Source of the DNA: an uncultured cyanobacterium
GTDB taxonomy: Bacteria > Cyanobacteriota > Cyanobacteriia > Pseudanabaenales > Pseudanabaenaceae
Reading direction: 5' to 3'
Assembly (NCBI GenBank): GCA_963703315.1
Contig: OY969811.1
Location: forward strand, 672,001-736,000
DNA: 64,000 nucleotides
Within the stretch, counting starts at the first letter, position 1. Every line of letters starts with the position of its first letter. A program made the translations under genes and the position numbers. The notes under the pieces were generated by a model. It saw only the letters and a list, made by a program, of their open reading frames with translations, ran no database searches and had not been told where the DNA came from. Of the stretch, positions 38,832-49,178 are shown piece by piece.

Positions 38832-40844
38832 TTAGGAGGAAATCGCCTCAGAACTATGCATATCCGACTCTTTATTCAAGTTATTGTTTAAGTTACTGTT
38901 TAAATTGCTATCTGAATTGTTACCAAAAGCATTGTTTAAATTATTGTCTTTATCATTGCTCTTGTCATTAGTATTATTGCTCTTGTCATTAGTATGACCG
39001 TTAGTGTTATTACTAAGACCATTGGTTACAGCAGCAGTAACATTAGGAATTGGTACATTCGGCTTAATCGCTGTAATTCTAGCAGCGATCGCTCGTTTTG
39101 TTAGTGCCGTATTATAAGCAGTCGTAATTGCCAAACGATCAACCATGCCAATCACCCGTTTTGGCTGATTACGATCCACTACAGGCATTTGCCGCAAATC
39201 TCTAGTTGCCATCCGTTTCAAAGCCTCTGCCAGAGATTCATCGGCAAAAGTACAGATTACTTCATTAGTACAAATATTCTGCACGGTCATGTCTTCAATG
39301 GGGCGATCGCCGTTAGGTGAAGATAGAATGCGTTTGATGTCTTGAGTCGTCAAGATACCTTGTAAATGGTTGATGTCATCAAATACTAGGGCGCTGTGAT
39401 GATAGCCGCTAGTGATAAATTGGGCAGCTTGTAGCAGAGGCATCGAATATTTGATTGAAGCAGGATTGAGGGTCATGACTTCGGCAATCTTAATTTTTTC
39501 GAGAACTTCGATATCGGCAGGTAAGTTTGACCATTGCATGATCATCCGATCTGCTCTGGAGGTATCGATTTGATCCAGCACCCACGCACAAAGTCCGACG
39601 GCTGCCATCAGTGGTAAAACAATACGGTAGTCACGGGTCATTTCAAAGAGCAATAACACCGATGTCAAGGGAGCGCGAACTGTTCCTGCTAGTACTGCCG
39701 CCATGCCGACTAGGGCATAAGCAGGGGATGCGGCGATCGGAATTGAAGCAGGTAATAAACTGGCGATCGCCTGACCATAAAAACTACCCAGCACTGCGCC
39801 TAAAAAAATCGAAGGGGCAAAAATCCCACCCACAAAGCCACTAGCTGAGCTAATTGCTGTTAGTAAAAGTTTGATTACTAACAAAATTGCTAACAAAGGA
39901 ATTGTAAAAGGCGTATCTTGCAAAATCGATTCCACAGTTTCATAGCCAATGCCGATCGCTTCAGGGAAAGTCAAAGCAATCAGTCCAACGCATAGCCCCC
40001 CCATCAATAATTTGATAGGCATCGTTAGGGTTTTCATGAATGGGGCGATCGCCCATTCCCCTGCAAAAAATTTCTTGGCTTGCTTAATGGCACGGGTAAA
40101 CATCAGCGCCACTACACTAGCTAGCACCCCCAAACCGAGATAGAGAGGTAACTCCCAATAACTGCGTACCTCATAAACTGGCAAACTAAAAGCTGGTCGC
40201 TCACCGAGGCTAATCTGGGAGACTAAAGCAGAAATTACCGAAGCCGTAACCACCACACTGACATCAGAGTTAGGACTAGATTTATCAGTTCGATAGGAAT
40301 CGCGTAACAATACCTCAAGGGCAAAAAATACCCCTGCGATCGGCGCATTAAATCCTGCGGCTAGTCCTGCCGCTCCCCCAGCACCTATCAACAGCCGAAT
40401 CCGTTCGCTAGAAAACTGCATCATTTGACCTAGTAGAGAGCCAATATTGCTACCTAGCTCAACGCTTGGTCCTTCAGGTCCCAGAGATGCTCCTGCCCCT
40501 AGAGAAAGAGCCGCCGCTACAGTTTTTAGAGGAACCTGCGAATAGGACTGCACCATATCGCGGTTAGAACCTAAAGCTTCTACTTGATCTAGCTTGAGGC
40601 GGACAATGCTGACAACTAGCGCTCCAATCATCGGAATCAAGATGATTGCCCAATGCCACTGAGCGCTGATCACTACCGCTAGTTCATGCCAATAAAATTC
40701 TTGAGCAAATAAAATCAACTTCCGAAACAGAGTCACACCCGTGCCACTGATCACACCTACAGCGATCGCCGAAACAAGCATGACCGTCTCCGCAGATGGC
40801 TGAAGACGGTTTAAGACAGTCACCAGTAAGCGGGAAAGCGACAT
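38832..40844 (-). CDS. ClC chloride channel/antiporter with CBS pair and Asn-rich tail
   Basis: GPEGP, GFNAPIAG, GIFAP and EMTRDY motifs; two CBS domains. Confidence 0.93.
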   Translation of the reverse strand: MSLSRLLVTVLNRLQPSAETVMLVSAIAVGVISGTGVTLFRKLILFAQEFYWHELAVVISAQWHWAIILIPMIGALVVSIVRLKLDQVEALGSNRDMVQSYSQVPLKTVAAALSLGAGASLGPEGPSVELGSNIGSLLGQMMQFSSERIRLLIGAGGAAGLAAGFNAPIAGVFFALEVLLRDSYRTDKSSPNSDVSVVVTASVISALVSQISLGERPAFSLPVYEVRSYWELPLYLGLGVLASVVALMFTRAIKQAKKFFAGEWAIAPFMKTLTMPIKLLMGGLCVGLIALTFPEAIGIGYETVESILQDTPFTIPLLAILLVIKLLLTAISSASGFVGGIFAPSIFLGAVLGSFYGQAIASLLPASIPIAASPAYALVGMAAVLAGTVRAPLTSVLLLFEMTRDYRIVLPLMAAVGLCAWVLDQIDTSRADRMIMQWSNLPADIEVLEKIKIAEVMTLNPASIKYSMPLLQAAQFITSGYHHSALVFDDINHLQGILTTQDIKRILSSPNGDRPIEDMTVQNICTNEVICTFADESLAEALKRMATRDLRQMPVVDRNQPKRVIGMVDRLAITTAYNTALTKRAIAARITAIKPNVPIPNVTAAVTNGLSNNTNGHTNDKSNNTNDKSNDKDNNLNNAFGNNSDSNLNSNLNNNLNKESDMHSSEAISS
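38955..38994. repeat. 21-bp-period tandem duplication in the ClC Asn-rich tail
   Basis: attgctcttgtcattagta at 38955 and 38976 (encodes TNDKSN twice). Confidence 0.7.
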
Positions 40845-40922
40845 GGTGGAAACTCGTGGAGAGGAAATAGTAAGTGTTAACTAGAATAACTTTTTGACGG
40901 GAGCATCGCTCCCGTCAAAAAG

Positions 40923-43244
40923 TTATTCTAAAGTTTGAGTGTCAATTTGATCAGGTATTTCTAGATTCGGATCTAATTCAGAAGTAGAAGCTTCAGGATT
41001 AGACAGGTCAGGATTGCTCTCAGTGTTAACTACGGCAACTAAATCAATTTGTTGACGATAGTAATCAACACCTTTGACCTGTACTTCAACGCGATCGCCT
41101 AAGGAATATTGACGACCACTGCGACGACCAACCAACAAAGTTGAAGCCCTTGCTCTGCCCTTACCATTAATTAATGGGAACTCATACCAATCATCCTTTA
41201 GAGAACTGACATGAACTAAGCCTTCAACCAATAGAGATTCAATTTCCACAAAGAATCCATAGGACTGCACGCTCGTAATGATGCCATAGAAGTTTTCACC
41301 TGTGTGCGATCGCATAAACTCAGCTTTACGCAAGCCATCAAGATCAGATATCGAGCGATGGTATAAAGCATCAGCTTGATTAAGCTTCGGTACAATGGCT
41401 TCCAAATCTTCGATTAACTGGCGTTCAGTGTCAGGAGGTAAAACACTCCAATTTACTTGACCATGAGCGCTCGAACTGCGGAGATTTACACCATCCTTAA
41501 TCCTAATGCTACGGCGATCGCGTCCTTCTTCAAATACAGTATGTAAAATACGCTGAATCAGCAAATCTCCATAATGATTTTGGGGAAACACTCCATGAAT
41601 ATATGGCTGCTCAATTAATCCCAATCCAAAATGTAATGTAGGTGCAAGCACATACTCATTAGTCTTAAACATTGACAGCAAAAGATATTTAAGAATGTCA
41701 CGAGTAGTATCCTGCTCAAGCTGATCCACCTGCTGTAAAATCTGATGCAAGTCTTTAATCTGCACTTGTTCAGGAGTTTCTAACTGAACAGTAATCCCCA
41801 TGCTTTCCAGTAACTTTGTCCAATCATCGATTTTGCCTTGATCAGGAGGAATTTGACGAAGGTAGAGAGATGGAACCGCAAGGGAATGTAAGTGGGAAGA
41901 AATCGCTTTATTCGCTAAAACCATTACTTCAGCGACAGTGCCAGAAATAGGTAAAGTCAATGGAACTACGATTAAACCGCGCACTCCCTCATCAGCCTCT
42001 TGAGAAGGAATTTGTGGCAATACTAATCTAATCGCATTGGAACGTTCTTGGAGTAAAGTCCCAACCTTGGCAATCAAATGAACTAATTCTTCAACTTCAG
42101 TATCAATCTCTTGACTAGGCGCGTCCTCATCTACGGCAACCTTACCATCGAGAATCTGCTGCGCTCTCTGATAACTCAAGTTTGCTCTTACTAAAATCGC
42201 TGATGGTTGAATCTCAAAGGAAATGAGATTACCTTCATGATCTAATTTAATTAACACTGACATCGTTAGATATTCAGGCTGATTAAATACATTCATCTCA
42301 GGCAACATTGGCAAGATCGTATCGCCCAAGAAAAATGACCGTAATCGCTTACGAGCTTCTAAGTCCAACGGTGAACCCGCAGTAACATAAGTTGCCACAT
42401 CAGGAATATGTACTCCCAAATCCCAGCCAGTTTCTACCGCAGTGATGGAGATGGCGGCGGCGTTACCAATTCTCACCGTTAGAGTTTTGCGTAAATCGAG
42501 ACGATGTTTGAGGTCAGCTTTTCTAACGCCTCTAGGCAAACTTGCGGCTGCCGTCAAAGCCTTCGCACTAAAACGTCTGGGTAAATTATGTTTGCAACAG
42601 ACTAGATCAATGTCATTAGTTGATTCGGCATCATCTCCCAAAATCTGCAAAATTCGCCCTAAAGGTAAGTGGTTACCCAAGGAAAATCTCACCATTTCCA
42701 AATGCACCAATTTGCCATTGGCAACACTAAGATCGGGAGTCTCTTCGTCTGGTACTAGCTCGACTTCAAATAAGAGTCGATCATCTAGAGGTACGGCTCG
42801 GTAGCTGTCATCCACTAATTTCACAGTCGAGAGTAAAGTCAAGTTCGATCGCTCAAGGATCAAGCGCACTTCACCTTCAGGCGATCGCCGCCTTACACCA
42901 TCCTTGGTTACCCGTACCAAAACGCGATCGCCATTCCAAGCATTGCTCAAACGACTCTCGCGCACATAAATATCTTCAGCGCCCTCGACATCTTGGATCG
43001 CAAAGCAAAAACCCTTACTAGAGCAACGTAACCGTCCCTCAATCAAACCTTCTTCCTGAATGCGGCGATAGCGTCCTTTATCTTTCTCCAGAATCCCAAT
43101 TTTTTCGAGAGCATCTAGAGCAACTTGGAGGCGACGAACGCTTTTGCTATCATCACCAATTCCCAGTTTTTTTTCGATCGCTTTGGGCGTAACTAGCTTG
43201 TCATCAGAGAAATTGTCTAACAGTTGATTAATCGAGAATTCCAT
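40923..43244 (-). CDS. RNase R/II family protein (cyanobacterial Zam-like) with degenerate active site
   Basis: MEFSI N-terminus, CSD (GRLRCSSKGFCF), RNB-like core, S1 domain (YGFFVE..EGLVHVSSL). Confidence 0.85.
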   Translation of the reverse strand: MEFSINQLLDNFSDDKLVTPKAIEKKLGIGDDSKSVRRLQVALDALEKIGILEKDKGRYRRIQEEGLIEGRLRCSSKGFCFAIQDVEGAEDIYVRESRLSNAWNGDRVLVRVTKDGVRRRSPEGEVRLILERSNLTLLSTVKLVDDSYRAVPLDDRLLFEVELVPDEETPDLSVANGKLVHLEMVRFSLGNHLPLGRILQILGDDAESTNDIDLVCCKHNLPRRFSAKALTAAASLPRGVRKADLKHRLDLRKTLTVRIGNAAAISITAVETGWDLGVHIPDVATYVTAGSPLDLEARKRLRSFFLGDTILPMLPEMNVFNQPEYLTMSVLIKLDHEGNLISFEIQPSAILVRANLSYQRAQQILDGKVAVDEDAPSQEIDTEVEELVHLIAKVGTLLQERSNAIRLVLPQIPSQEADEGVRGLIVVPLTLPISGTVAEVMVLANKAISSHLHSLAVPSLYLRQIPPDQGKIDDWTKLLESMGITVQLETPEQVQIKDLHQILQQVDQLEQDTTRDILKYLLLSMFKTNEYVLAPTLHFGLGLIEQPYIHGVFPQNHYGDLLIQRILHTVFEEGRDRRSIRIKDGVNLRSSSAHGQVNWSVLPPDTERQLIEDLEAIVPKLNQADALYHRSISDLDGLRKAEFMRSHTGENFYGIITSVQSYGFFVEIESLLVEGLVHVSSLKDDWYEFPLINGKGRARASTLLVGRRSGRQYSLGDRVEVQVKGVDYYRQQIDLVAVVNTESNPDLSNPEASTSELDPNLEIPDQIDTQTLE

Positions 43245-43966
43245 GAGGCGAGGGTCGAGCGATTGTTTAAGGTGAGCAAGTTAAATCAAACAAGGGGCAA
43301 CAAAGCTATAGAGCAGCCTGATAACACAAACAAAAATCAACATCGTAAATCAACGAAATTTAAAAATTCGATGATTATCACCAACCAATGACTTCGTAAG
43401 GTTCGACTTATCGAAACGAAACATAGGAAGTCAATATTATCTTCCTTAAGAAGATTCTCTAGCTTGGTGATAGCGTTATAGCCTCAAGACACTAGATGCA
43501 GTGAGAAGTATGGATCTAAACGCATACCCCTGATTACTGCATTCTGAACGGCAAACTCAGAGAAATTTCATTTATTTCTGGATGAAGTTGCGATCTAGAT
43601 CTATATATAAATAGTGTCTCACTATACTTATGGGGCTTCAGTAGCTTACGAATTTGCAGAGTTAGCTTATATAGTGTTCCCCTACTAATGCAATATTTTA
43701 GCCCAATTACTCCAGCAAATATTTTTGTTTGTAGATGAAATTTTTGAGTTGGAAAACAAATCTTCAAAATTAGTAAAAATATTTGATATGGTCTCAATAT
43801 CTCAAATTTATTGAAATATCATCCAAAAGTTATAAAATTTCAATTAACATTTCCCCTAAATTAGGTTAGACTACAAAAATACATTGTTAAATGTGTCAAA
43901 AAATACTTAACTTTTTGTTGTTATCTTTGGTACATTTATATTGTTACAGATTTAAACCTGTTGCGT

Positions 43967-43974
43967 TGTGAGGA
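43967..43974 (+). promoter_or_regulatory. Putative Yfr1 sRNA target site at the porin RBS
   Basis: TGTGAGGA ending 12 nt before the ATG is complementary to the Yfr1 core ACUCCUCACAC. Confidence 0.55.
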
Positions 43975-43986
43975 ATGGTAATTTAA

Positions 43987-45609
43987 ATGTCTAAATCTTC
44001 TAAGAAAAATTTTAGTTTAGTTGCGCCAGCAGTATTGTCTGCTGTTGCAGCATCTGCATTGATTAGTGGTGCTGCTAATGCTCAAGCTTCTCAAGACTCT
44101 GAAGTTATTCGCTCTGTAAATAGCAATAGCCTCGGTCGTACCAATGCTGTTGCTCAAAATGTAACTTCAGTATCTCAACTTAGCGATGTTAAGCCTACTG
44201 ACTGGGCTTTCACCGCATTGCAATCCTTGGTCGAGCGTTACGGTTGTATCGCTGGCTACCCTGATCGTACTTTCCGTGGCAAACAAGCAACCAGCCGTTA
44301 TGAATTCGCTGCTGGTTTGAATGCTTGCTTAGACAAGATCAACGAAATCATCTCCGCAGGACTTGCTGACAAAGTTAGCAAAGAAGACCTCGCCACCTTG
44401 CAAAAGCTTCAAGAAGAATTTGCGGCTGAACTCGCAACCCTTCGTGGTCGTGTCGATGCTCTTGACGCTAAGACCGCTAAGCTCGAAGCTCAACAGTTCT
44501 CCACCACCACCAAGCTACGTGGCGAAGCGATCTTCGGTCTTGCTGCTGGTTCTGACGGTGTTTCTGCAACTGGTGTTGACAAAACCAACACAATTTTTAG
44601 CTACCGCGCTCGTCTCAACCTTGACACAAGTTTTACTGGTAAGGATTTGTTGAGAACCCGCTTACAAGCAAGTAACACTGATAGTTTCACAGCTTTAGCT
44701 GGTAGCAATAGCACTCGTCTTTCCTACGATGGCTATGGCACTGCTAACAACTTTGAAATCAATCGCTTGTACTACCGCTTCCCCGTTGGTGACAACCTCA
44801 AACTATATGTTGCACCTATTGGCGCTGTAGAAGATGTAATCGATCCTCTTAACCCACTCGAAAGCGATAGCCAAGGTACAATCTCTCGCTTCGGTCGTTT
44901 CAGCCCATTGATCCGTATTGCTTCTAGTGGTGGTACTGGTCTTGCAGTTGCTGGTTTTGATTGGAAGTTCTCCGATAAGGTTGCTTTCCAAGCTGCCTAC
45001 AGTGCTGCTAATGCTGCACTTGCAACTGGTGCTGGTGGCGTAACTGGTGGGGCTACCAAAATTGCCGCTCAGTTCGTATTCAAGCCTATGGATTCACTAA
45101 CCCTTGGTGTTGGCTATGCTAATGCTTATAACCCAACCAATGCTACTGCCACTGCTACCTCTTTTGGTTCTGGCTTAAATGTTGATGGTTTTAGTGGTAC
45201 TGGTCTTAGTGGATTTAAGAGTGACACTGTTGTCGGTAGCTTAGTTTGGGACATCACCAAGAAGTTTGCACTTAACACTTGGGGATCTTGGAGTTTCACT
45301 AACTTTACTAGTGTCACTGGAGCTTCTTCTGCAACTTTCACTAGTTGGATGGCTGCACTCTCTGCTAAGGATCTATTCACAGAAGGCGATCTAGCTGCTG
45401 TGATCTTTGGTCAACCTCTCCATGCAAGCAATATCACTGGCGCAACTGGAACTCTTAACGTTCCTTACCATCTTGAAGCTTTATACCGCTTCCAAGTATC
45501 TAAAAATATCAGCATCACTCCTGGTGTATTCTTCGTATTCAACCAAAACGGTAATGCCGCTAACGGTACTGCAACTGTTGGTGTAATTCGTACCACCTTC
45601 TCCTTCTAG
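43987..45609 (+). CDS. SLH-domain outer membrane porin (SomA/SomB, OprB-like)
   Basis: VTSVSQLSDVKPTDWAF..LVERYGCIAGYPD, FSTTTKL and terminal RTTFSF motifs. Confidence 0.95.
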   Translation: MSKSSKKNFSLVAPAVLSAVAASALISGAANAQASQDSEVIRSVNSNSLGRTNAVAQNVTSVSQLSDVKPTDWAFTALQSLVERYGCIAGYPDRTFRGKQATSRYEFAAGLNACLDKINEIISAGLADKVSKEDLATLQKLQEEFAAELATLRGRVDALDAKTAKLEAQQFSTTTKLRGEAIFGLAAGSDGVSATGVDKTNTIFSYRARLNLDTSFTGKDLLRTRLQASNTDSFTALAGSNSTRLSYDGYGTANNFEINRLYYRFPVGDNLKLYVAPIGAVEDVIDPLNPLESDSQGTISRFGRFSPLIRIASSGGTGLAVAGFDWKFSDKVAFQAAYSAANAALATGAGGVTGGATKIAAQFVFKPMDSLTLGVGYANAYNPTNATATATSFGSGLNVDGFSGTGLSGFKSDTVVGSLVWDITKKFALNTWGSWSFTNFTSVTGASSATFTSWMAALSAKDLFTEGDLAAVIFGQPLHASNITGATGTLNVPYHLEALYRFQVSKNISITPGVFFVFNQNGNAANGTATVGVIRTTFSF

Positions 45610-45641
45610 GATTTGGTTTAGCGCTTAATTACAGTTGATAT

Positions 45642-45682
45642 AAAAAAGTAGAGGCAATTTATGAATTGCCTCTACTTTTTTA
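45642..45682 (+). terminator. GTAG-type REP hairpin, probable porin terminator
   Basis: aaaaaagtagaggcaatttatgaattgcctctactttttt. Confidence 0.75.
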
Positions 45683-45735
45683 TTGATGCTACTAATATAG
45701 AGTGAGTATTATGAGTTTCTGGTGGAGTTGCCACG

Positions 45736-46161
45736 ATGACTGTGTTATATGAGCAGGATTATGGACTCTGGGCTGAAAAGATGGCTGATTTGTTGGCGGC
45801 AGGTCGTTTTGCTGAGTTGGATATCGAGAATTTGGTGGATGAGGTACGCGATTTGTCCAAGCGAGAACGCGATCGCCTATTGAGTAGTGTGCGCTTGATT
45901 GTGCATCATTTACTTAAGTGGGATTATCAACCCCAACGACGCTCAAGGAGTTGGCAGATAACAATTCAAAGGGAACGGCTTCATATAATTCGTTATTTGG
46001 AGGACAGCCCAAGCTTAAAACGATATTTAACGAGTGAATGGCTAGACAAAATCTACTCAATTGCTTATCTAGATGCCCAAAAAGAAACAGATTTAGAGTT
46101 TCCAGTCAATTGTCCCTACTCTATTGAGGATGTATTAGAACGCCCCATTAGTTTAAGCTAA
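45736..46161 (+). CDS. DUF29 family protein
   Basis: LYEQDY..W, LDIENLVDEV, HLLKW, SW..TI, SPSLK and FP..CPY motifs. Confidence 0.92.
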   Translation: MTVLYEQDYGLWAEKMADLLAAGRFAELDIENLVDEVRDLSKRERDRLLSSVRLIVHHLLKWDYQPQRRSRSWQITIQRERLHIIRYLEDSPSLKRYLTSEWLDKIYSIAYLDAQKETDLEFPVNCPYSIEDVLERPISLS

Positions 46162-46226
46162 TCTCAAATTGGTAGTTACAAAGAATTCGCGGGTTCCCTA
46201 AATCCGTATAATCAACGATCAAGACT

Positions 46227-46898
46227 TTATTTTTCGCTTAATACTAATAAATGTCGCGTTGCTTCAGCGACTTGAGGTATTGGGTCGTTAGCAAGTTTTG
46301 CTAACGCAACTTTAGCTTCATCGCCACCGAGAGTGGCGAGAGCCTGTGAAACACGATGGCGAATTTGCCAATCAGGATCATCGATGAAGGGAAGTAGCAG
46401 AGAAACAGCTTTAGGGTTTCCCAGATCACCAAGGGAACCGATCGCCGCAATCTTGACTAATTCATTGGGATTTTGTAATGCTTCGGCAAGGAACTCAAGA
46501 CCTTGGGGCGCACCTAGATCACCGATCGCGGCAATGATGCTAAATTGAAACATCCAGTCATTTGTAGACTCATAAGCAGTTTTAAGCAGGTCAAAAGCTT
46601 GGTTAAGTTGTAGAGAACCAAGGGATGCCGCCGCCGCCGCCCGTACATCTATCTCTGGATCGACAAATAGGCGATCGCTGAGAATTTCCAAAGACTTTTG
46701 CAAATCAACAGTTCCAACTGTACCAATTTGACTGATCACATCGTAACGAATGCGAGCATTGGCATCAGTTGCTGCAACTATCAGTAAATTAAATCGATCA
46801 GATATGGGAAGAGAGCGACTAGCTTGAACAGCTTTCATCCGAGTCCCGATGTCATCTGTTGCCAATTGCTCTCTTAAAGTTTCAAATGTTTCGCTCAC
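46227..46898 (-). CDS. nblB: HEAT-repeat phycobilin lyase-like protein NblB
   Basis: ARIRY..SQ, DPE.DVRAAAA..LG, W..QFSIIA..G and DPDWQIRHR motifs. Confidence 0.75.
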   Translation of the reverse strand: MSETFETLREQLATDDIGTRMKAVQASRSLPISDRFNLLIVAATDANARIRYDVISQIGTVGTVDLQKSLEILSDRLFVDPEIDVRAAAAASLGSLQLNQAFDLLKTAYESTNDWMFQFSIIAAIGDLGAPQGLEFLAEALQNPNELVKIAAIGSLGDLGNPKAVSLLLPFIDDPDWQIRHRVSQALATLGGDEAKVALAKLANDPIPQVAEATRHLLVLSEK

Positions 46899-46914
46899 AA
46901 GAAAAATCTCGCAT

Positions 46915-47139
46915 TTAATACGCTAATGTCTCTAGTGTCTCACGTAAGTAGCTACGCACGAGATCATCAAGAACGCTTTCTTGTACAACATCTTTGATGT
47001 CACCATTGCGGGATCGCTGCCATTTGTCAAATCCTGAACTTGTAGCGATCGCCTGTTTGAGATCACTCCAAACCTTAGAATCTTTGGCAACTTCGCGCAA
47101 AGGTAGAGCCAAGTCATTCACTGTTGAGGATAAGTTCAT
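46915..47139 (-). CDS. Conserved small cyanobacterial protein
   Basis: W..LKQAIA.SSGF..W and YLRETLETLAY motifs. Confidence 0.75.
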   Translation of the reverse strand: MNLSSTVNDLALPLREVAKDSKVWSDLKQAIATSSGFDKWQRSRNGDIKDVVQESVLDDLVRSYLRETLETLAY

Positions 47140-47248
47140 AGAGATTTCCTAAGCTTATATAGATATTCATTTTATCACTTCAATAAAGAAGCCATAGATT
47201 TAGAATTAAATGTATATCTATAGATAGAAATCAATTATTCAAATCGTT

Positions 47249-47665
47249 ATGACTACTTCAAATCCTTTTATTGATCCCAAGATTGCATCGCAGACTACAG
47301 AACTAAATCCAAGTTATGCAATACCTGCTGTACTAATATTGGCAAGTATACCGATTATCTGGATTCAACCAATTGCTGCGGGCGTAGTTTCAATTTTTGG
47401 ATTGTTCCTAGTCTATCAAGCCGCTACCATTCGGTTGGTGTTTACCGCAACAGATTTAGAAGTTTATAGATCGCAAGAAAAATTCCGTACTTTTCCATAT
47501 CAAGAATGGCAGGATTGGAAGGTTTTCTGGTTTGCTTTTCCAGTTCTGTTTTATTTCAAAGAAATAAAAAGTATTCATTTCTTACCTGTTTTATTTGATG
47601 TCAATCTCCTAAAAACTTGTTTAGAGAAATATATTCCTCTCCAAAAATCTGGTAGCCCTAAATAG
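47249..47665 (+). CDS. DUF3119 family protein
   Basis: FPY.EW..W..F..FPVLFYFKEIKSIHFLP motif. Confidence 0.9.
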   Translation: MTTSNPFIDPKIASQTTELNPSYAIPAVLILASIPIIWIQPIAAGVVSIFGLFLVYQAATIRLVFTATDLEVYRSQEKFRTFPYQEWQDWKVFWFAFPVLFYFKEIKSIHFLPVLFDVNLLKTCLEKYIPLQKSGSPK

Positions 47666-47672
47666 GTAAGGA

Positions 47673-47776
47673 TAAGTAGCTGGGCATAATTAAAAACTAG
47701 AGCCAAAACCTGTGGCGCACGCTGTGCGTGCGCCACAGGTTTTTGGGCTTTATATTTAATTGCGCTCAGCTACTTA
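47673..47776. mobile_element. Family A MITE inserted into a pre-existing palindrome, with TA duplication
   Basis: TA-agtagctgggcataatt..aattgcgctcagctact-TA; removing it restores a 21-bp-arm hairpin spanning 47659-47811. Confidence 0.9.
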
Positions 47777-47849
47777 GTAGGCGCTTTGCACCTACTATCC
47801 TTACCTATTTAAATCGTTTCCTTTTTAGCCCTACAAAGAATCTTGATGG

Positions 47850-49178
47850 ATGAATTATTTTTTAGGAATTGATTTTGGGACTTCTGGGGTAAGAGCGATC
47901 GCTATTAATATAAATGGTGAGATTATGGCGATCGCTCGATCTGACTATGACCTTCGTGATTGGGCAACGTGGCAAACCGCACTGGATCAAGTAATTACTG
48001 GCTTACCTCAAGAAATCAGGCTAAATATTAGAAAAATCGTCATCGATGGCACTTCAGCAACGGGTTTAATTTGTGACTCCAACGGACAAGCGATCGCCCC
48101 ACCCATGATTTATAGCGATGCTTGTAGTCCTGAAATTCTTAGTCAAGTCAATTTAATTGCGCCGCCGCAACATTTTGCTAATAGTGCAACATCAAGTTTT
48201 GCCAAGTTGATTTCACTGTTGCAGAAGTTAGATCAAACCTCTAATAAAGCTAAACACCATTTAGCTTTATTAGAGGTTGTCTATTTTTTACATCAAGCCG
48301 ACTGGTTGAGTTATTTGCTGCATGGAAAGTTGGGCGTGAGTGATTATCACAACGTCCTTAAATTAGGTTACGATCCCCAAGCTTTGACTTATCCTGACTG
48401 GCTCAAGGATTGGGCTTTAAAAAATCCTGCTTTAGTTTTACCAGAGGTCTTAGCACCGAGTACGACGGTGGGTAAAATTCAGGAAGATATAGCTACGCAA
48501 TTAGGTCTGTCCACAAACTGCAAAATTGGTATAGGCACGACGGATAGCAATGCTGCTTTTTTAGCTTGTGTGGGTACGGCAACACCTACGATTGGGACAG
48601 CAGTGACTTCTCTGGGTTCAACAATGGTACTCAAAGTTTTAAGCGATCGCCCCGTTAATGATGCTAAGTACGGAATTTATAGTCATCGTTTCGAGCATCC
48701 TGACTTGGGTTGTTTATGGCTAGTGGGTGGAGCCTCGAATGTTGGCGGGGCAGTGTTACGCCAATTTTTTAATGATCAACAATTACAAGAACTTAGCGAT
48801 CGCATTAATCCTGATATTTCTAGCCCCCTTGATTACTATCCCTTGCCAAAAATAGGCGATCGCTTTCCCATTAACGATCCTAATTTATTACCCCGCCTAG
48901 ATCCACGTCCTGATGATCCCGTAGCATTTTTACACGGTTTACTGGAAAGCATGGCAAGAATTGAGGCACAGGGATATCAACTTTTGCAAAAATTAGGAGC
49001 TTCCCCAATTCAGCAAATTTATACCGCAGGGGGTGGGGCAAGTAACCAAGTATGGACAAAAATACGCGATCGGTATCTCCAAAACTTAAGGCAAAATTCA
49101 AGACAAATTTCAATGCTGAATGCTTTGCAAACTGAAGCGGCTTATGGTGCGGCGTTATTAGCTAAAATACCTCTATGA
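47850..49178 (+). CDS. FGGY-family carbohydrate kinase (xylulose/ribulose kinase-like)
   Basis: GIDFGTSG, DGTSAT, GTTDS, SLGST and AGGGA motifs. Confidence 0.92.
   Translation: MNYFLGIDFGTSGVRAIAININGEIMAIARSDYDLRDWATWQTALDQVITGLPQEIRLNIRKIVIDGTSATGLICDSNGQAIAPPMIYSDACSPEILSQVNLIAPPQHFANSATSSFAKLISLLQKLDQTSNKAKHHLALLEVVYFLHQADWLSYLLHGKLGVSDYHNVLKLGYDPQALTYPDWLKDWALKNPALVLPEVLAPSTTVGKIQEDIATQLGLSTNCKIGIGTTDSNAAFLACVGTATPTIGTAVTSLGSTMVLKVLSDRPVNDAKYGIYSHRFEHPDLGCLWLVGGASNVGGAVLRQFFNDQQLQELSDRINPDISSPLDYYPLPKIGDRFPINDPNLLPRLDPRPDDPVAFLHGLLESMARIEAQGYQLLQKLGASPIQQIYTAGGGASNQVWTKIRDRYLQNLRQNSRQISMLNALQTEAAYGAALLAKIPL

Noticed and set aside
43534..43797. 87-aa ORF in the porin upstream region
   Set aside because: Non-ATG start, AT-rich, no recognisable motif; probably spurious.
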